A stretch of DNA of 64,000 bases, taken from assembly GCA_038209415.1 (NCBI GenBank), contig JBBQXT010000001.1, forward strand, positions 7,844-71,843. The letters are read 5' to 3'. Under the pieces are notes generated by a model, which ran no database searches, was not told the DNA's origin, and saw only the letters and a list, made by a program, of their open reading frames with translations. This DNA comes from Geobacterales bacterium. GTDB lineage: Bacteria > Desulfobacterota > Desulfuromonadia > Geobacterales > Pseudopelobacteraceae. The position numbers and the translations under genes were made by a program. Positions 1 to 9,313 of this stretch are shown here, piece after piece. Each line of letters begins with the position of its first letter. The first letter of the stretch is position 1.

Positions 1-1082
1 CTTTTGCTGTTTCCATGCTGATTATTCGCTATGCCCATCTGCATAATCGTGTAACCAATAATCATCCTGCCAACGGCCCCCAGCAGTCCCATGTCGGTAG
101 CACGCCACGCATCGGCGGGGTTCCGCTTGCCTTGGGCATCCTCCTGGGCGTGGCGCTGCTTAGCCCGAAATTCAACATCCCCTGGCAGACTGAAGTGCTG
201 TGGCTTGCCGCTGCCGCTCCCGTCTTCCTGGCCGGCCTGGCAGAAGATCTTACAAACAAGATTGGGGCCAACTGGCGCTTGCTGGCCGCTTTTGTCTCGG
301 CGGGCATTGGTGTGTGGCTGATGCATGCCCGGTTTGTCCGTTTGGGCATTGCAGGGATCGATCAATTGTTGCTGATATCACCCCTGTTTGCTATTGCCCT
401 GACGATTTTTGCCGTCGGGGGAGTGTGCCATTCAATGAATATCATTGATGGCTATAATGGTCTGGTTGGCGGGGTAAGCAGCATTATTCTTGTTGCGCTT
501 GGATTTATATCGTGGAAAGTGGGAGACGCCGAACTCTATATCGTCTGCATAGCCGCGGTTGCGGCAATCGCGGGCTTTCTGTTCTGGAACTATCCACGCG
601 GCCTCATTTTTGCCGGTGATGGTGGCGCATACCTGCTGGGTTTCATTATTGCCGAGGTCTCGGTTTTGCTGGTTTCGCGTCACCCCGAGGTCTCCCCCTG
701 GTTTCCGCTTATGCTGGTGATTTATCCGGTCTGGGAAACGATTTTCTCCATCTATCGACGCAAGATAATCAAAGGCCAGTCGTCAGCACTGCCGGATGCC
801 CTCCACCTGCATCAGATCCTCTTCAGCCGGATTGTGCGTTGGATGGTCGGGAAACAAGAGGCAAAACACCTTCTGAAACGCAACTCCCTGACAACACCAT
901 ATTTGTGGGGCATGGGAATTGTTACGGTTTGCCCGGCTCTCGCTTTCTGGCATAATACCTTGGTATTGCAATGTGGCTGTCTCTGCTTTGCTGTTCTGTA
1001 TGTGTGGTTGTACTCCCGAATCGTACACTTCAAATCACCCCGCTGGATGATGCTCAGAAACAGGGGCGCTAATCATGAATGA
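1..1082 (+). CDS. Glycosyltransferase family 4 polyprenyl-phosphate sugar-1-phosphate transferase (MraY/WecA/WbpL-like), 5' partial
   Basis: The reading frame is open to the window edge. It carries NIIDGYNGL and HVGSTPRIGG motifs and many hydrophobic segments typical of the MraY/WecA family. The listed ATG at 15 is probably internal. Confidence 0.75.
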   Translation, partial: FAVSMLIIRYAHLHNRVTNNHPANGPQQSHVGSTPRIGGVPLALGILLGVALLSPKFNIPWQTEVLWLAAAAPVFLAGLAEDLTNKIGANWRLLAAFVSAGIGVWLMHARFVRLGIAGIDQLLLISPLFAIALTIFAVGGVCHSMNIIDGYNGLVGGVSSIILVALGFISWKVGDAELYIVCIAAVAAIAGFLFWNYPRGLIFAGDGGAYLLGFIIAEVSVLLVSRHPEVSPWFPLMLVIYPVWETIFSIYRRKIIKGQSSALPDALHLHQILFSRIVRWMVGKQEAKHLLKRNSLTTPYLWGMGIVTVCPALAFWHNTLVLQCGCLCFAVLYVWLYSRIVHFKSPRWMMLRNRGANHE

Positions 1083-1962
1083 CCATATTGTCCGTGCCTT
1101 GAGTTCGGCGGGGGGGATCCGGATACTTACCTGCAGTACAAACCACCTGGCCCGTGAAATCTGCAGGCTGCAGGCTGCTTCCCCAACGGTAAGCATCGCC
1201 CTCGGGCGGGGACTGGCAGGCGGGGCACTGATGGGTGCGCTGCTTAAACCGGGGCAACGGGTTGCCATGAAATTCGAGGGCAACGGTCCTCTGCAAAAGA
1301 TGATTATCGAGGCCGATGCAGATGGGGCTGTGCGAGGCTGCACCGGCAACCCTGCCGCCGAGGCAGAACCGCTTGAGGGGCGCTGGAACGTGCCGGGAAT
1401 TCTCGGGCGGGCAGGTTTTCTGACCGTTAGCAAAGATATCGGAATAGGAGGTGAGCCCTATCATGGCATGGTGCAACTCCAGAGCAGTGAGATCGGTGAA
1501 GACCTGGCCTTCTATCTGACCGAATCCGAACAAGTGCCGTCGGCCGTTGGCCTGGGTGCGAGCCTTGACGAGACTGGTCGGATATCATTCTGCGGCGGTT
1601 TCCTGGTACAGGCGCTCCCACTGGCTGCAGAATCCGAGATCGAGGCGGTCATGGCAAACATAGCTGCACTTCCCCCGCTGGCCGACATGCTGAAGGAAGG
1701 TCCCGAAGCGCTGCTGGGGCAGATATTCGGAGACACGCCCTACACCCTGCTGGAGAGTCACGACCTCTTTTTCCGCTGCGGCTGCAGCCGCGAAAAGGTG
1801 GAACGCGCCCTGATGACGTTTACTCCTGAAGAAATTCATGACATGGTCGAAAAAGACAGCGGTGCTGAAGTAACCTGCGAATTCTGCCGCCAGTCCTACA
1901 GCTTCAATGCGGAAGATTTGGGGATACTGTCCGGATCATCTGCAGAACCCAGGGATTCGTAA
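1075..1962 (+). CDS. hslO: Redox-regulated chaperone Hsp33
   Basis: 295 aa with the C-terminal zinc centre CGCSREK...CEFCRQSY (CXC...CXXC). It overlaps the upstream stop by 8 nt. Confidence 0.85.
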   Translation: MNDHIVRALSSAGGIRILTCSTNHLAREICRLQAASPTVSIALGRGLAGGALMGALLKPGQRVAMKFEGNGPLQKMIIEADADGAVRGCTGNPAAEAEPLEGRWNVPGILGRAGFLTVSKDIGIGGEPYHGMVQLQSSEIGEDLAFYLTESEQVPSAVGLGASLDETGRISFCGGFLVQALPLAAESEIEAVMANIAALPPLADMLKEGPEALLGQIFGDTPYTLLESHDLFFRCGCSREKVERALMTFTPEEIHDMVEKDSGAEVTCEFCRQSYSFNAEDLGILSGSSAEPRDS

Positions 1963-1964
1963 CC

Positions 1965-2744
1965 ATGCGAATGATCCGCCTGACAATCGAATATGACGGC
2001 ACCGCCTACTCGGGTTGGCAACGGCAACCCAACGGTTTGGCTGTACAGCAGGTTGTCGAAGAGGCATTGTTTAAGCTGCTTGGACAGCATGTCGATCTGC
2101 GTTCATCCGGCCGCACCGATGCCGGAGTACATGCCCGTGGCATGTCAGCAGCATTCAGGACATCGTCCAACCTGCCCCTGAAGGCCTTTGTTGATGGCAC
2201 AAACAGTTTTCTGCCGCCCGACATTGCCGTTCTGGATGCCATTGAGGTCCCGGCAGACTTCAGGCCGATTGGTGACGCTTTGGCCAAACATTACCGCTAC
2301 ACGATCCTGGCAGCAGGCGTCCGTTCCCCCCTGAGACGTTTTCATGCCTGGCACATTCGTGAAGACCTTGATCTGAAAGCCATGCAGGAGGCTGCTGCCT
2401 GTTTTGTGGGCCGTCACAACTTTGCTGCCTTCCGGGCCTCGAACTGCGCGGCAAAAACAACCGTTCGACGGATCGATTCGGTGAAGGTCACCCGCGCGGG
2501 TGATACTATCACCATTGATGTGGTCGGCGGCGGCTTTCTGAAGAACATGGTGCGGGTAATGGCCGGGACACTTGCAGAAATTGGCAGGGGTCGATTTGAG
2601 CCGGGCCACATAACCTGGCTGCTGCAGAACGGAGACCGAAAAAAGGCCGGCGTAACGGCGCCGGCCTGTGGATTATGTCTGATAAAGGTCTATTACCCGG
2701 AGATCAACCGGACAGATGTCATTTCTCAGCCAGAAGTTTCTTGA
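1965..2744 (+). CDS. truA: tRNA pseudouridine(38-40) synthase TruA
   Basis: IEYDGTAYSGWQRQ N-terminus and catalytic GRTDAGVHA motif; 259 aa. Confidence 0.9.
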   Translation: MRMIRLTIEYDGTAYSGWQRQPNGLAVQQVVEEALFKLLGQHVDLRSSGRTDAGVHARGMSAAFRTSSNLPLKAFVDGTNSFLPPDIAVLDAIEVPADFRPIGDALAKHYRYTILAAGVRSPLRRFHAWHIREDLDLKAMQEAAACFVGRHNFAAFRASNCAAKTTVRRIDSVKVTRAGDTITIDVVGGGFLKNMVRVMAGTLAEIGRGRFEPGHITWLLQNGDRKKAGVTAPACGLCLIKVYYPEINRTDVISQPEVS

Positions 2745-3237
2745 TTAGCTGCTCTGAAGAGCGGCCTACCTCTTCCGTAAAACCCCGGAACACTTCAGCT
2801 ACCCGCCCCCGCTTGTCAATCACAAACATAACCGGTACCGAGCGTACGCCGAAATCCACCAGGGTTGACTCGCCTGCCAGCGCTACGGGATAGCTGATGC
2901 GGTTCTGCTCGGCAAAGGTCTTGACAGCCCGCTCACCGTCCTCATCGGCACTCATGCCGAGTATCTGCAGCCCCTGTTTGCCATATTTCCGGTTCAGTTC
3001 AACCAGGTGAGGGATCGAGTCGCGACATGGATGGCACCAGGTCGCGAAGAAATCCAGTACCAGTACATACCCGCGGTAGTTTTCCAGGGAAACCGGCTGA
3101 CCTGAAGTCGTAACAACCTTGAAGTTCGGTGCGGCCTGGCCAACCCGCGCTACGGCATACGACCTGACAGGACCGAGTGCGAAACCTGCGAGCAAGAGTG
3201 CCGGCAGCAGTCGATACAGCGCTGTAAAGTATTTCAT
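2719..3237 (-). CDS. Secreted TlpA/ResA-like thiol:disulfide oxidoreductase (redoxin fold)
   Basis: N-terminal signal peptide and FFATWCHPC (CXXC) thioredoxin-fold motif; 172 aa. Confidence 0.75.
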   Translation of the reverse strand: MKYFTALYRLLPALLLAGFALGPVRSYAVARVGQAAPNFKVVTTSGQPVSLENYRGYVLVLDFFATWCHPCRDSIPHLVELNRKYGKQGLQILGMSADEDGERAVKTFAEQNRISYPVALAGESTLVDFGVRSVPVMFVIDKRGRVAEVFRGFTEEVGRSSEQLIKKLLAEK

Positions 3238-3242
3238 GCCAC

Positions 3243-3572
3243 CTAGAGCGCCTTGGCGAGCAGGGCATCCAGTTGCGATTTGGGCACATGACCGACAATC
3301 TGGTCAAGAACGGCGCCATCTTTGAACAAAATCAGGGTCGGGATACCACGCACACTGTATTTGGCGGGTATCGCCTGATTCTCATCCACATTAACCTTGC
3401 CAACCTTGACCCGGCCGGCATATTCATCGGCTGCGGCATCAACAAGCGGTGCAATGGCCTTGCAGGGAGCGCACCAGGTAGCCCAGAAATCTACAAGAAC
3501 GGGGATGTCCGATTTGAGGACCTCCTGGTCAAAATTGGCATCGGTAAATGCCATCACTTTTTCGCTGGCCAT
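3243..3572 (-). CDS. trxA: Thioredoxin
   Basis: WATWCAPCK active site. I moved the start to the internal ATG at 3572, which is preceded by AGGAG and gives a canonical 109-aa protein. The longer 145-aa ORF is an upstream extension. Confidence 0.85.
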   Translation of the reverse strand: MASEKVMAFTDANFDQEVLKSDIPVLVDFWATWCAPCKAIAPLVDAAADEYAGRVKVGKVNVDENQAIPAKYSVRGIPTLILFKDGAVLDQIVGHVPKSQLDALLAKAL

Positions 3573-3726
3573 AAAGTAAAGTCTCCTTTTTAAAAGTTGA
3601 AATGGTCTGAATGATATACCAGGCCATGAAAAAATCAAGAGCAATCTCGGCTGCGCGGCGTTTAGTTGAAATGACGTCAAGATCGGAGTATGCTACGGAA
3701 ACTTCAGCTGGGTCGAGGAGAACAAG

Positions 3727-4323
3727 GTGCCGCATCTACCCCTGAATATTGACGTACGTGGCTTGACCATCCTTGTCGTCGGCGGTGGTGCCGTAGCCGG
3801 CCGCAAGATCACGCAACTACTGGATGCAGGAGCAGTGGTAAGGGTTGTCTCGCCGAAAATAACGCCGGAAATCCGCCGTCTTGCGGAGAGCGGTGTAGTC
3901 GGAATAAAAATCAGCAATTTCGAACCGTGCGACCTGAATGATGTCTTTCTGGCGGTGGCTGCCACCAACGATCCGGAAACGAATAGCAGGATCGCCATCG
4001 AGGCCCGCCTGCGAAGTCTCCTGGTCAGCGTGGCAGATAATCCGGAATCAGGCAATTGCAGCTTTCCTGCGCTGTTGCGCCGCGGGAACCTGGAGGTAGG
4101 CATTTCCACCAATGGCACCTGCCCAGGATTCGCTGCAGTGGTTCGAGATCAGATCGCTACGGTCATCGGCGAGGAGTACGGCACAATCCTCGAAACTCTT
4201 GCAGCGGAACGTGAAAAGCTGTTGACTGAGGGCAGCCACAGCATTTACAATAATCAAGTTTTGCGCTCCCGTGCCAGGGAGCTGATCAACGAGCTTACTC
4301 AATGTAAGGATTGTGTGCCATGA
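3727..4323 (+). CDS. Precorrin-2 dehydrogenase / sirohydrochlorin ferrochelatase-like protein (SirC / CysG N-terminal domain type)
   Basis: Rossmann motif LVVGGGAVAGRK near the N-terminus and about 200 aa, with a GTG start after GAGGAG. Length and motif fit the siroheme synthase N-terminal domain family. Confidence 0.7.
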   Translation: MPHLPLNIDVRGLTILVVGGGAVAGRKITQLLDAGAVVRVVSPKITPEIRRLAESGVVGIKISNFEPCDLNDVFLAVAATNDPETNSRIAIEARLRSLLVSVADNPESGNCSFPALLRRGNLEVGISTNGTCPGFAAVVRDQIATVIGEEYGTILETLAAEREKLLTEGSHSIYNNQVLRSRARELINELTQCKDCVP

Positions 4324-5120
4324 CGCACTTATTTTTTTATCTGACCCTTGGATTTTACGTCTGCGCCACTGCGACCTACTTCGCCTGTCTGTTCCGCACG
4401 TCAGCCGGCTTGGCGCTGTGGGCCAGTCGCTTGCTGACAGCCGGCTGCATTGCCCATATTCTTTCCACAGTCCATCTGGCCAATAAGGCGAAACATCTGC
4501 CCCTGACCAACCTGCAGGAGTCACTGTCATTCTTCAGCCTGATGATCATCGGCGCCTTTCTGATTTTTGAGCGTCGTTACAAGGTAACCACCCTCGGTTC
4601 ATTTGTCACCCCGGTCGCCTTGGTGATGCTGATCGGCTCCAGCGCCATGCACTCAGAGTTGCGCCAGCTTCCTCCAATCCTGCAAAGCAACTGGTTCTGG
4701 TTCCATGCCCTGCTGGCCTTTGTCAGCTATGCCGCTTTCGCCATCGCATTCGGCGTTGCCGTGATCTACCTGATTCAGCGTCATTTCCTCAAGACCAAGC
4801 ATTTCGGGGTGCTGTTCCAGAGACTTCCTCCGCTGGACACCCTTGATGATATCAGTTATCGCTGCCTTGCCGTAGGTTTCCCTTTGCTGACAATTGCCAT
4901 TATTTCGGGCGCCATCTGGTCTGAAAAAACTGTAGGAAGCTACTGGGTTTGGGATCCAAAACAAACCTGGTCGCTGATCACCTGGCTCATCTACGCAGCT
5001 CTTCTGCATGGGCGCCTGACCATCGGCTGGCGAGGGAAACGCGCCGCCATACTTTCAATCGTGGGTTTCGTCGTTCTTCTGATCACCTTTTTCGGCATGA
5101 AACACAGCATCACCTGGTAG
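4320..5120 (+). CDS. CcsA-family cytochrome c assembly protein (HemX-like position in the hemA operon)
   Basis: Polytopic membrane protein with the Trp-rich WVWDPKQTWSLITW (WWD-like) motif. The ATG at 4320 forms an ATGA overlap with the upstream stop. It sits directly before hemA, as hemX does in Bacillus hemAXCDBL. Confidence 0.7.
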   Translation: MTHLFFYLTLGFYVCATATYFACLFRTSAGLALWASRLLTAGCIAHILSTVHLANKAKHLPLTNLQESLSFFSLMIIGAFLIFERRYKVTTLGSFVTPVALVMLIGSSAMHSELRQLPPILQSNWFWFHALLAFVSYAAFAIAFGVAVIYLIQRHFLKTKHFGVLFQRLPPLDTLDDISYRCLAVGFPLLTIAIISGAIWSEKTVGSYWVWDPKQTWSLITWLIYAALLHGRLTIGWRGKRAAILSIVGFVVLLITFFGMKHSITW

Positions 5121-5169
5121 CCTTTTACAGGCACCAGGACATCGTTAACAGCATGGAAGCCTCTGCCCA

Positions 5170-6474
5170 ATGAACATTATCGTCATCGGTCTTTCCCACA
5201 AGACCGCAACAGTTGAGATCCGAGAGAGAGTTGCCTTTTCTCCCAACCTGATCGAAAAGCCATTGCGCGACCTGGTCGCTTTGGACGGTATCAACGAAGG
5301 CGTAATCATCTCCACCTGCAACCGGGTCGAGATCTATGCGACCACGCACGACATCGCCGGCGGCATCGCCCGCATCAAACGTTTTCTGGCTGACCACCAC
5401 CGTATCCCCCTGGAAATACTTGAACCGCATCTTTACAGCTATCATTCCGAGGCCGCTATCCGGCATGTTTTCCGAGTGGCTTCCAGCCTTGATTCCATGA
5501 TCGTGGGTGAACCCCAGATACTGGGCCAGATCAAGACATCCTACGGATTTGCCGCTGAGTACAAAACATCCGGCATCATCCTCAACCGATTCCTGCACAA
5601 GGCCTTTTCTGTCGCCAAGCGCGTGCGGACCGAGACAAGAATCGCTTCTTCCGCCGTTTCAGTGGCATTTGCCGCAGTGGAACTGGCCAAGAAAATTCTG
5701 GGAGACCTGTCGGATAAGACCGTCATGCTGATCGGCGCCGGCGAAATGTGTGAGCTGGCGGCCAAACACTTTATAAACAGCGGGGCCAAAGGTGTCATGG
5801 TGACCAACCGCACCTTCGAGAGGGCTGAGCGCCTGGCCGAAGAGTTCTGCGGAGAAGCGATACGCTTTGAAGAGCTGTTCCAGCACCTGCATAAAGCGGA
5901 TATCGTTCTCTCCTCCACCGGAGCCCCGCACGTCATCATCGGGCCCAAGGATGTGGAGGATGCTGTCAAGCGCCGCAGGTTCAAGCCGATGTTCTTCATC
6001 GACATTGCCGTACCACGCGACATTGACCAGAAAGTGGATGATGTTGAAAGTGCCTATCTATTCACGGTGGACGACCTGCAGGAAATCGTCCAGGCCAATC
6101 TGGCCCAACGGAATCTGGAGGCAGAAAAAGCCGAGGAGATCGTCGATCAGGAGATCGGTCAGTTTTTTAAATGGATCTCCGCGCTGAATGTAACCCCGAC
6201 CATCGTTGCCCTGCGTAACAGGTTTGACGAGATCCGGCGGGCCGAACTGGAAAAGACCTGCTCCAACTGGAAAGACCTGCCGCCCGATGCAGAAAAGCGG
6301 CTGGAGGCCCTGACCACGTCCATCATGAACAAGCTGCTGCATGCCCCGACTGCCGCACTCAGAAAGGCTGGACAAGGTGGGCGTGTAGACCTGTATGTGG
6401 ATGCCCTGCGTCAGTTGTTCGAGCTTGAGGCCGCGCCGGAGCAGAGCGATGAACTGGAACTGGAGGAGTCTTGA
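5170..6474 (+). CDS. hemA: Glutamyl-tRNA reductase
   Basis: STCNRVEIY catalytic Cys region and GAGEM NADPH-binding motif; 434 aa. Confidence 0.92.
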   Translation: MNIIVIGLSHKTATVEIRERVAFSPNLIEKPLRDLVALDGINEGVIISTCNRVEIYATTHDIAGGIARIKRFLADHHRIPLEILEPHLYSYHSEAAIRHVFRVASSLDSMIVGEPQILGQIKTSYGFAAEYKTSGIILNRFLHKAFSVAKRVRTETRIASSAVSVAFAAVELAKKILGDLSDKTVMLIGAGEMCELAAKHFINSGAKGVMVTNRTFERAERLAEEFCGEAIRFEELFQHLHKADIVLSSTGAPHVIIGPKDVEDAVKRRRFKPMFFIDIAVPRDIDQKVDDVESAYLFTVDDLQEIVQANLAQRNLEAEKAEEIVDQEIGQFFKWISALNVTPTIVALRNRFDEIRRAELEKTCSNWKDLPPDAEKRLEALTTSIMNKLLHAPTAALRKAGQGGRVDLYVDALRQLFELEAAPEQSDELELEES

Positions 6475-6620
6475 GACTTCCCCCGCTCGCCCCTGGCATC
6501 CTGATCAAACGCTACAAACGCTTCCTCGCTGATGTTGCCCCCGCCTATCGCGCTACGGTAACGCCCGAAGAATTCAGGCTGACGGAACGTCTGCACATAG
6601 TTGTATAAACTTTCAACTTT
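6471..6620 (+). pseudogene. Remnant of an sfsA-like gene (N-terminal about 25 codons, then a degenerate or frameshifted tail)
   Basis: Translation from 6471 reads [23 protein letters not shown], matching the characteristic SfsA N-terminus (E. coli PPLQRATLIQRYKRFLADV). The frame then diverges and stops at 6606-6608. A shifted frame gives ADGTSAHSC, reminiscent of the next SfsA block (DG...HCPN). A full SfsA is about 235 aa. Confidence 0.5.
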
Positions 6621-7589
6621 ATGAATCCACAAAAGAAACGGAGAATGGATATGCCACCCAAGCAACTGAGAATCGGCACACGTGCCAGCCAGCTGGCCCT
6701 CTGGCAGGCCAACTGGGTCAAGTCGGAGCTGGAGAAGAGATATCCCGGCATGGAGGTCTCCCTGACCAAGATCAAGACCATCGGCGACAAGATCCTGGAT
6801 GTTCCGCTGGCCCAGGTGGGCGGCAAGGGGCTGTTTGTCAAGGAGATCGAAGAGGCCATGCTGCGGGACGAGATCGATATCGCTGTACACAGCATGAAGG
6901 ATGTGCCAACCGACTTTCCTGAAGGTCTGGGTCTGCACTGCATCACTGAGCGGGAAGACCCCCGTGATGCCCTCATCTCTCGAAATGTCAAATTTGCCGA
7001 CCTGCCCCAGGGAGCGCGTATCGGCACCTCGGCGCTGCGTCGGCAGGCCCAGCTGCTCAAGCTGCGGCCAGACCTGCAGATGGTCATCATCCGCGGAAAT
7101 GTGGAAACCCGCATCCGTAAACTGGAAGACGACAAACTGGATGCCGTCATCCTGGCTGCCGCCGGTCTGAAACGGCTCGGTTTTACCGATAAAGTGGCCG
7201 AGTATCTGGATACAGAGCTGTCCATCCCGGCCATCGGCCAGGGAGCACTTGGCATCGAATGCCGTCTGGCCGACCCGATTATTACCAAAACGATAGCCTT
7301 CTTCAATCACCCTGAGACGGCTTATGCGGTCCGCGCCGAACGTGCCTTGCTCAAGCGCTGTGAAGGCGGCTGTCAGGTTCCGATTGCGGCTTACGGCACC
7401 ATCTCCGGCGGGCAACTGAAGCTGGTCGGTTTCATCGCGGCGGTTGACGGCAGCCGTTCCGTGCGCGGTGAACTCAGCGGGCCAATGACAGAATGTGTAA
7501 ATATCGGTATTCAGCTTGCGGACCAGTTACTGGCCGCTGGCGGCAAGGTCATCCTTGAAGAAGTCTATCAACGGGAAATCAGTGTCTAG
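6621..7589 (+). CDS. hemC: Hydroxymethylbilane synthase (porphobilinogen deaminase)
   Basis: RIGTRASQLALWQA N-terminal motif; about 310-322 aa. The true start may be the ATG at 6651, 7 nt after GGAGA. Confidence 0.9.
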   Translation: MNPQKKRRMDMPPKQLRIGTRASQLALWQANWVKSELEKRYPGMEVSLTKIKTIGDKILDVPLAQVGGKGLFVKEIEEAMLRDEIDIAVHSMKDVPTDFPEGLGLHCITEREDPRDALISRNVKFADLPQGARIGTSALRRQAQLLKLRPDLQMVIIRGNVETRIRKLEDDKLDAVILAAAGLKRLGFTDKVAEYLDTELSIPAIGQGALGIECRLADPIITKTIAFFNHPETAYAVRAERALLKRCEGGCQVPIAAYGTISGGQLKLVGFIAAVDGSRSVRGELSGPMTECVNIGIQLADQLLAAGGKVILEEVYQREISV

Positions 7590-9111
7590 CGGCATCATAT
7601 ACCTGGTAGGGGCCGGCCCCGGAGACCCTGGGCTGATAACCCTGCGTGGTGTTGAGTGCCTGCGGCAGGCACAGGTGGTTGTGTATGACTATCTTGCCAA
7701 TGAGCAACTGCTCAACCATGCACCTGAGGATGCAGAGCGGATTTATGCCGGAAAGATCGGCGGCCGCCACAACCAGGACCAGGAAGAGATCAACAAGCTC
7801 TTGGTTGAAAAGGGCAGGCAAGGTAAGGTCGTTGTCCGCCTTAAAGGTGGAGACCCCTTTGTTTTCGGGCGGGGAGGCGAAGAATGTGAAGCGCTTGCTT
7901 TAGCAGGCTTGCCCTTCGAGGTCGTACCCGGTGTCACAGCTGCGGTGGGTGCCGCTGCGTATGCCGGCATACCCCTGACTCACCGTGATTTTACTGCGTC
8001 CGTTGCCTTTGTTACCGGCCAGGAGGGCAAGGATAAGAACGAATCCAACATCGACTGGGATCGTCTGTCTTTGGGAAACGGCACCGTTGTTTTTTACATG
8101 GGCATCACCTCTCTTCGCCGCAACATGCTGCGCATGGCAGAACATGGCAGAAGCCCTCACACACCGGTGGCTCTCGTGCGGTGGGCCACTACCACCGGTC
8201 AGCAGGTACTGACCGGCACACTGGCTGACATTGCCGACAAGGCGGAAAACGCTGCTTTCAAGCCCCCTGCGATCACCATTGTCGGAGAAGTCGTCAACCT
8301 TCGTGGACAGCTGCGCTGGTTCGACAACCGCCCCCTCTCAGGCCGCAAAATCATTGTCACCCGTGCCGCTGATCAAGCCAGCGAATTTTCCGCTCAGCTG
8401 ACCAGCCTCGGCGCAGAAGTTTTTGAGTGCCCCACAATCAAACTGGTTGAACCGTTGAGCTGGGACGAGCTGGACATTGCCATTGCCAAGCTGGCCGACT
8501 TTGACTGGCTTGTGCTGACATCAGTCAACGCAGTGCGTTTCTTTTTTCAACGGCTTGATCTTATTGGTTTGGACGCCAGAGCGCTCGGTGGCTGCAAGGT
8601 ATGCGCGGTGGGACCGAGAACTGCCGAAGCACTCGTGCTGCATGGCATTCGGCCCGACTTGATACCGGCCGACTATAAGGCGGAAGGTGTGGTTTCAGGG
8701 TTTGCCAAGCTGGGTATTGCTGGGAAAAAAGTACTTTTCCCCCGTGCAGACCGCGCACGAGAGGTCATTCCGCACGATCTGGAACAGATGGGCGCCTTCG
8801 TAACCGCTCCGGTTACCTACCGCAACATCCTTCCCGAACGGCTTTGTCCTGAAGCGCTTCTGGCGCTGGAAAAACGCTGCATAGATTGCATCACCTTTAC
8901 CTCTTCCTCAACCGTACTCAACTTGGCTGAACTGCTTGGCGCAGACCTGCTGGCAGACATGCTGCAAGGCGTCGCAGTCGCTTCCATCGGTCCGATCACC
9001 TCCAGAACGTGCCGGGGTCTCGGCTTAAAAGTTGATATTGAACCCAAAGAATATACCCTCTCTGCACTGACTGCCGCCATTCAACAGCACTTTCTCAATC
9101 CCGGGCGATAA
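7582..9111 (+). CDS. cobA: Fused uroporphyrinogen-III C-methyltransferase / uroporphyrinogen-III synthase (CobA-HemD)
   Basis: N-terminal VGAGPGDPGLITLRG SUMT motif, followed by a C-terminal half of about 250 aa with HemD-like organisation. The GTG at 7582 overlaps the hemC stop. The ORF-track start at 7516 lies inside hemC. Confidence 0.85.
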   Translation: MSSGIIYLVGAGPGDPGLITLRGVECLRQAQVVVYDYLANEQLLNHAPEDAERIYAGKIGGRHNQDQEEINKLLVEKGRQGKVVVRLKGGDPFVFGRGGEECEALALAGLPFEVVPGVTAAVGAAAYAGIPLTHRDFTASVAFVTGQEGKDKNESNIDWDRLSLGNGTVVFYMGITSLRRNMLRMAEHGRSPHTPVALVRWATTTGQQVLTGTLADIADKAENAAFKPPAITIVGEVVNLRGQLRWFDNRPLSGRKIIVTRAADQASEFSAQLTSLGAEVFECPTIKLVEPLSWDELDIAIAKLADFDWLVLTSVNAVRFFFQRLDLIGLDARALGGCKVCAVGPRTAEALVLHGIRPDLIPADYKAEGVVSGFAKLGIAGKKVLFPRADRAREVIPHDLEQMGAFVTAPVTYRNILPERLCPEALLALEKRCIDCITFTSSSTVLNLAELLGADLLADMLQGVAVASIGPITSRTCRGLGLKVDIEPKEYTLSALTAAIQQHFLNPGR

Positions 9112-9243
9112 CTCTCTCCATCCAAATTTTATTTAGATTGCGTTATACAGTTCGAGGGTCTTCTCTGTCTGCAAGCGACTAATTAAAATAAGATTTAATA
9201 GATAGCGCTGTTATTGTCAAGAAGGCATCAGTCCGCACAACGT

Positions 9244-9279
9244 AAAAAAGCCTGACAGTATTAGCTGTCAGGCTTTTTC
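9244..9279. terminator. Bidirectional rho-independent terminator between convergent genes
   Basis: Stem GCCTGACAG (9250-9258) / CTGTCAGGC (9265-9273), flanked by an A-run on one side and a T-run on the other. Confidence 0.6.
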
Positions 9280-9313
9280 TTACCTATTAACTCAAGTCAT
9301 TTAATTCTATTAA

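Noticed and set aside
2719-2744. 26-nt convergent overlap of the truA and TlpA-like gene 3' ends
   Set aside because: Both ORFs are well supported by motifs. Short convergent overlaps occur naturally, and I see no evidence of a frameshift or mis-assembly.
6411-7415. 334-aa and 253-aa minus-strand ORFs opposite hemC, and similar long antisense ORFs at 51462-52256, 57591-58400 and 59159-59902
   Set aside because: All are antisense shadows of well-supported genes (hemC, the PfkB kinase, the FAD oxidoreductase, the YhaM-like gene) and carry no recognisable motifs.
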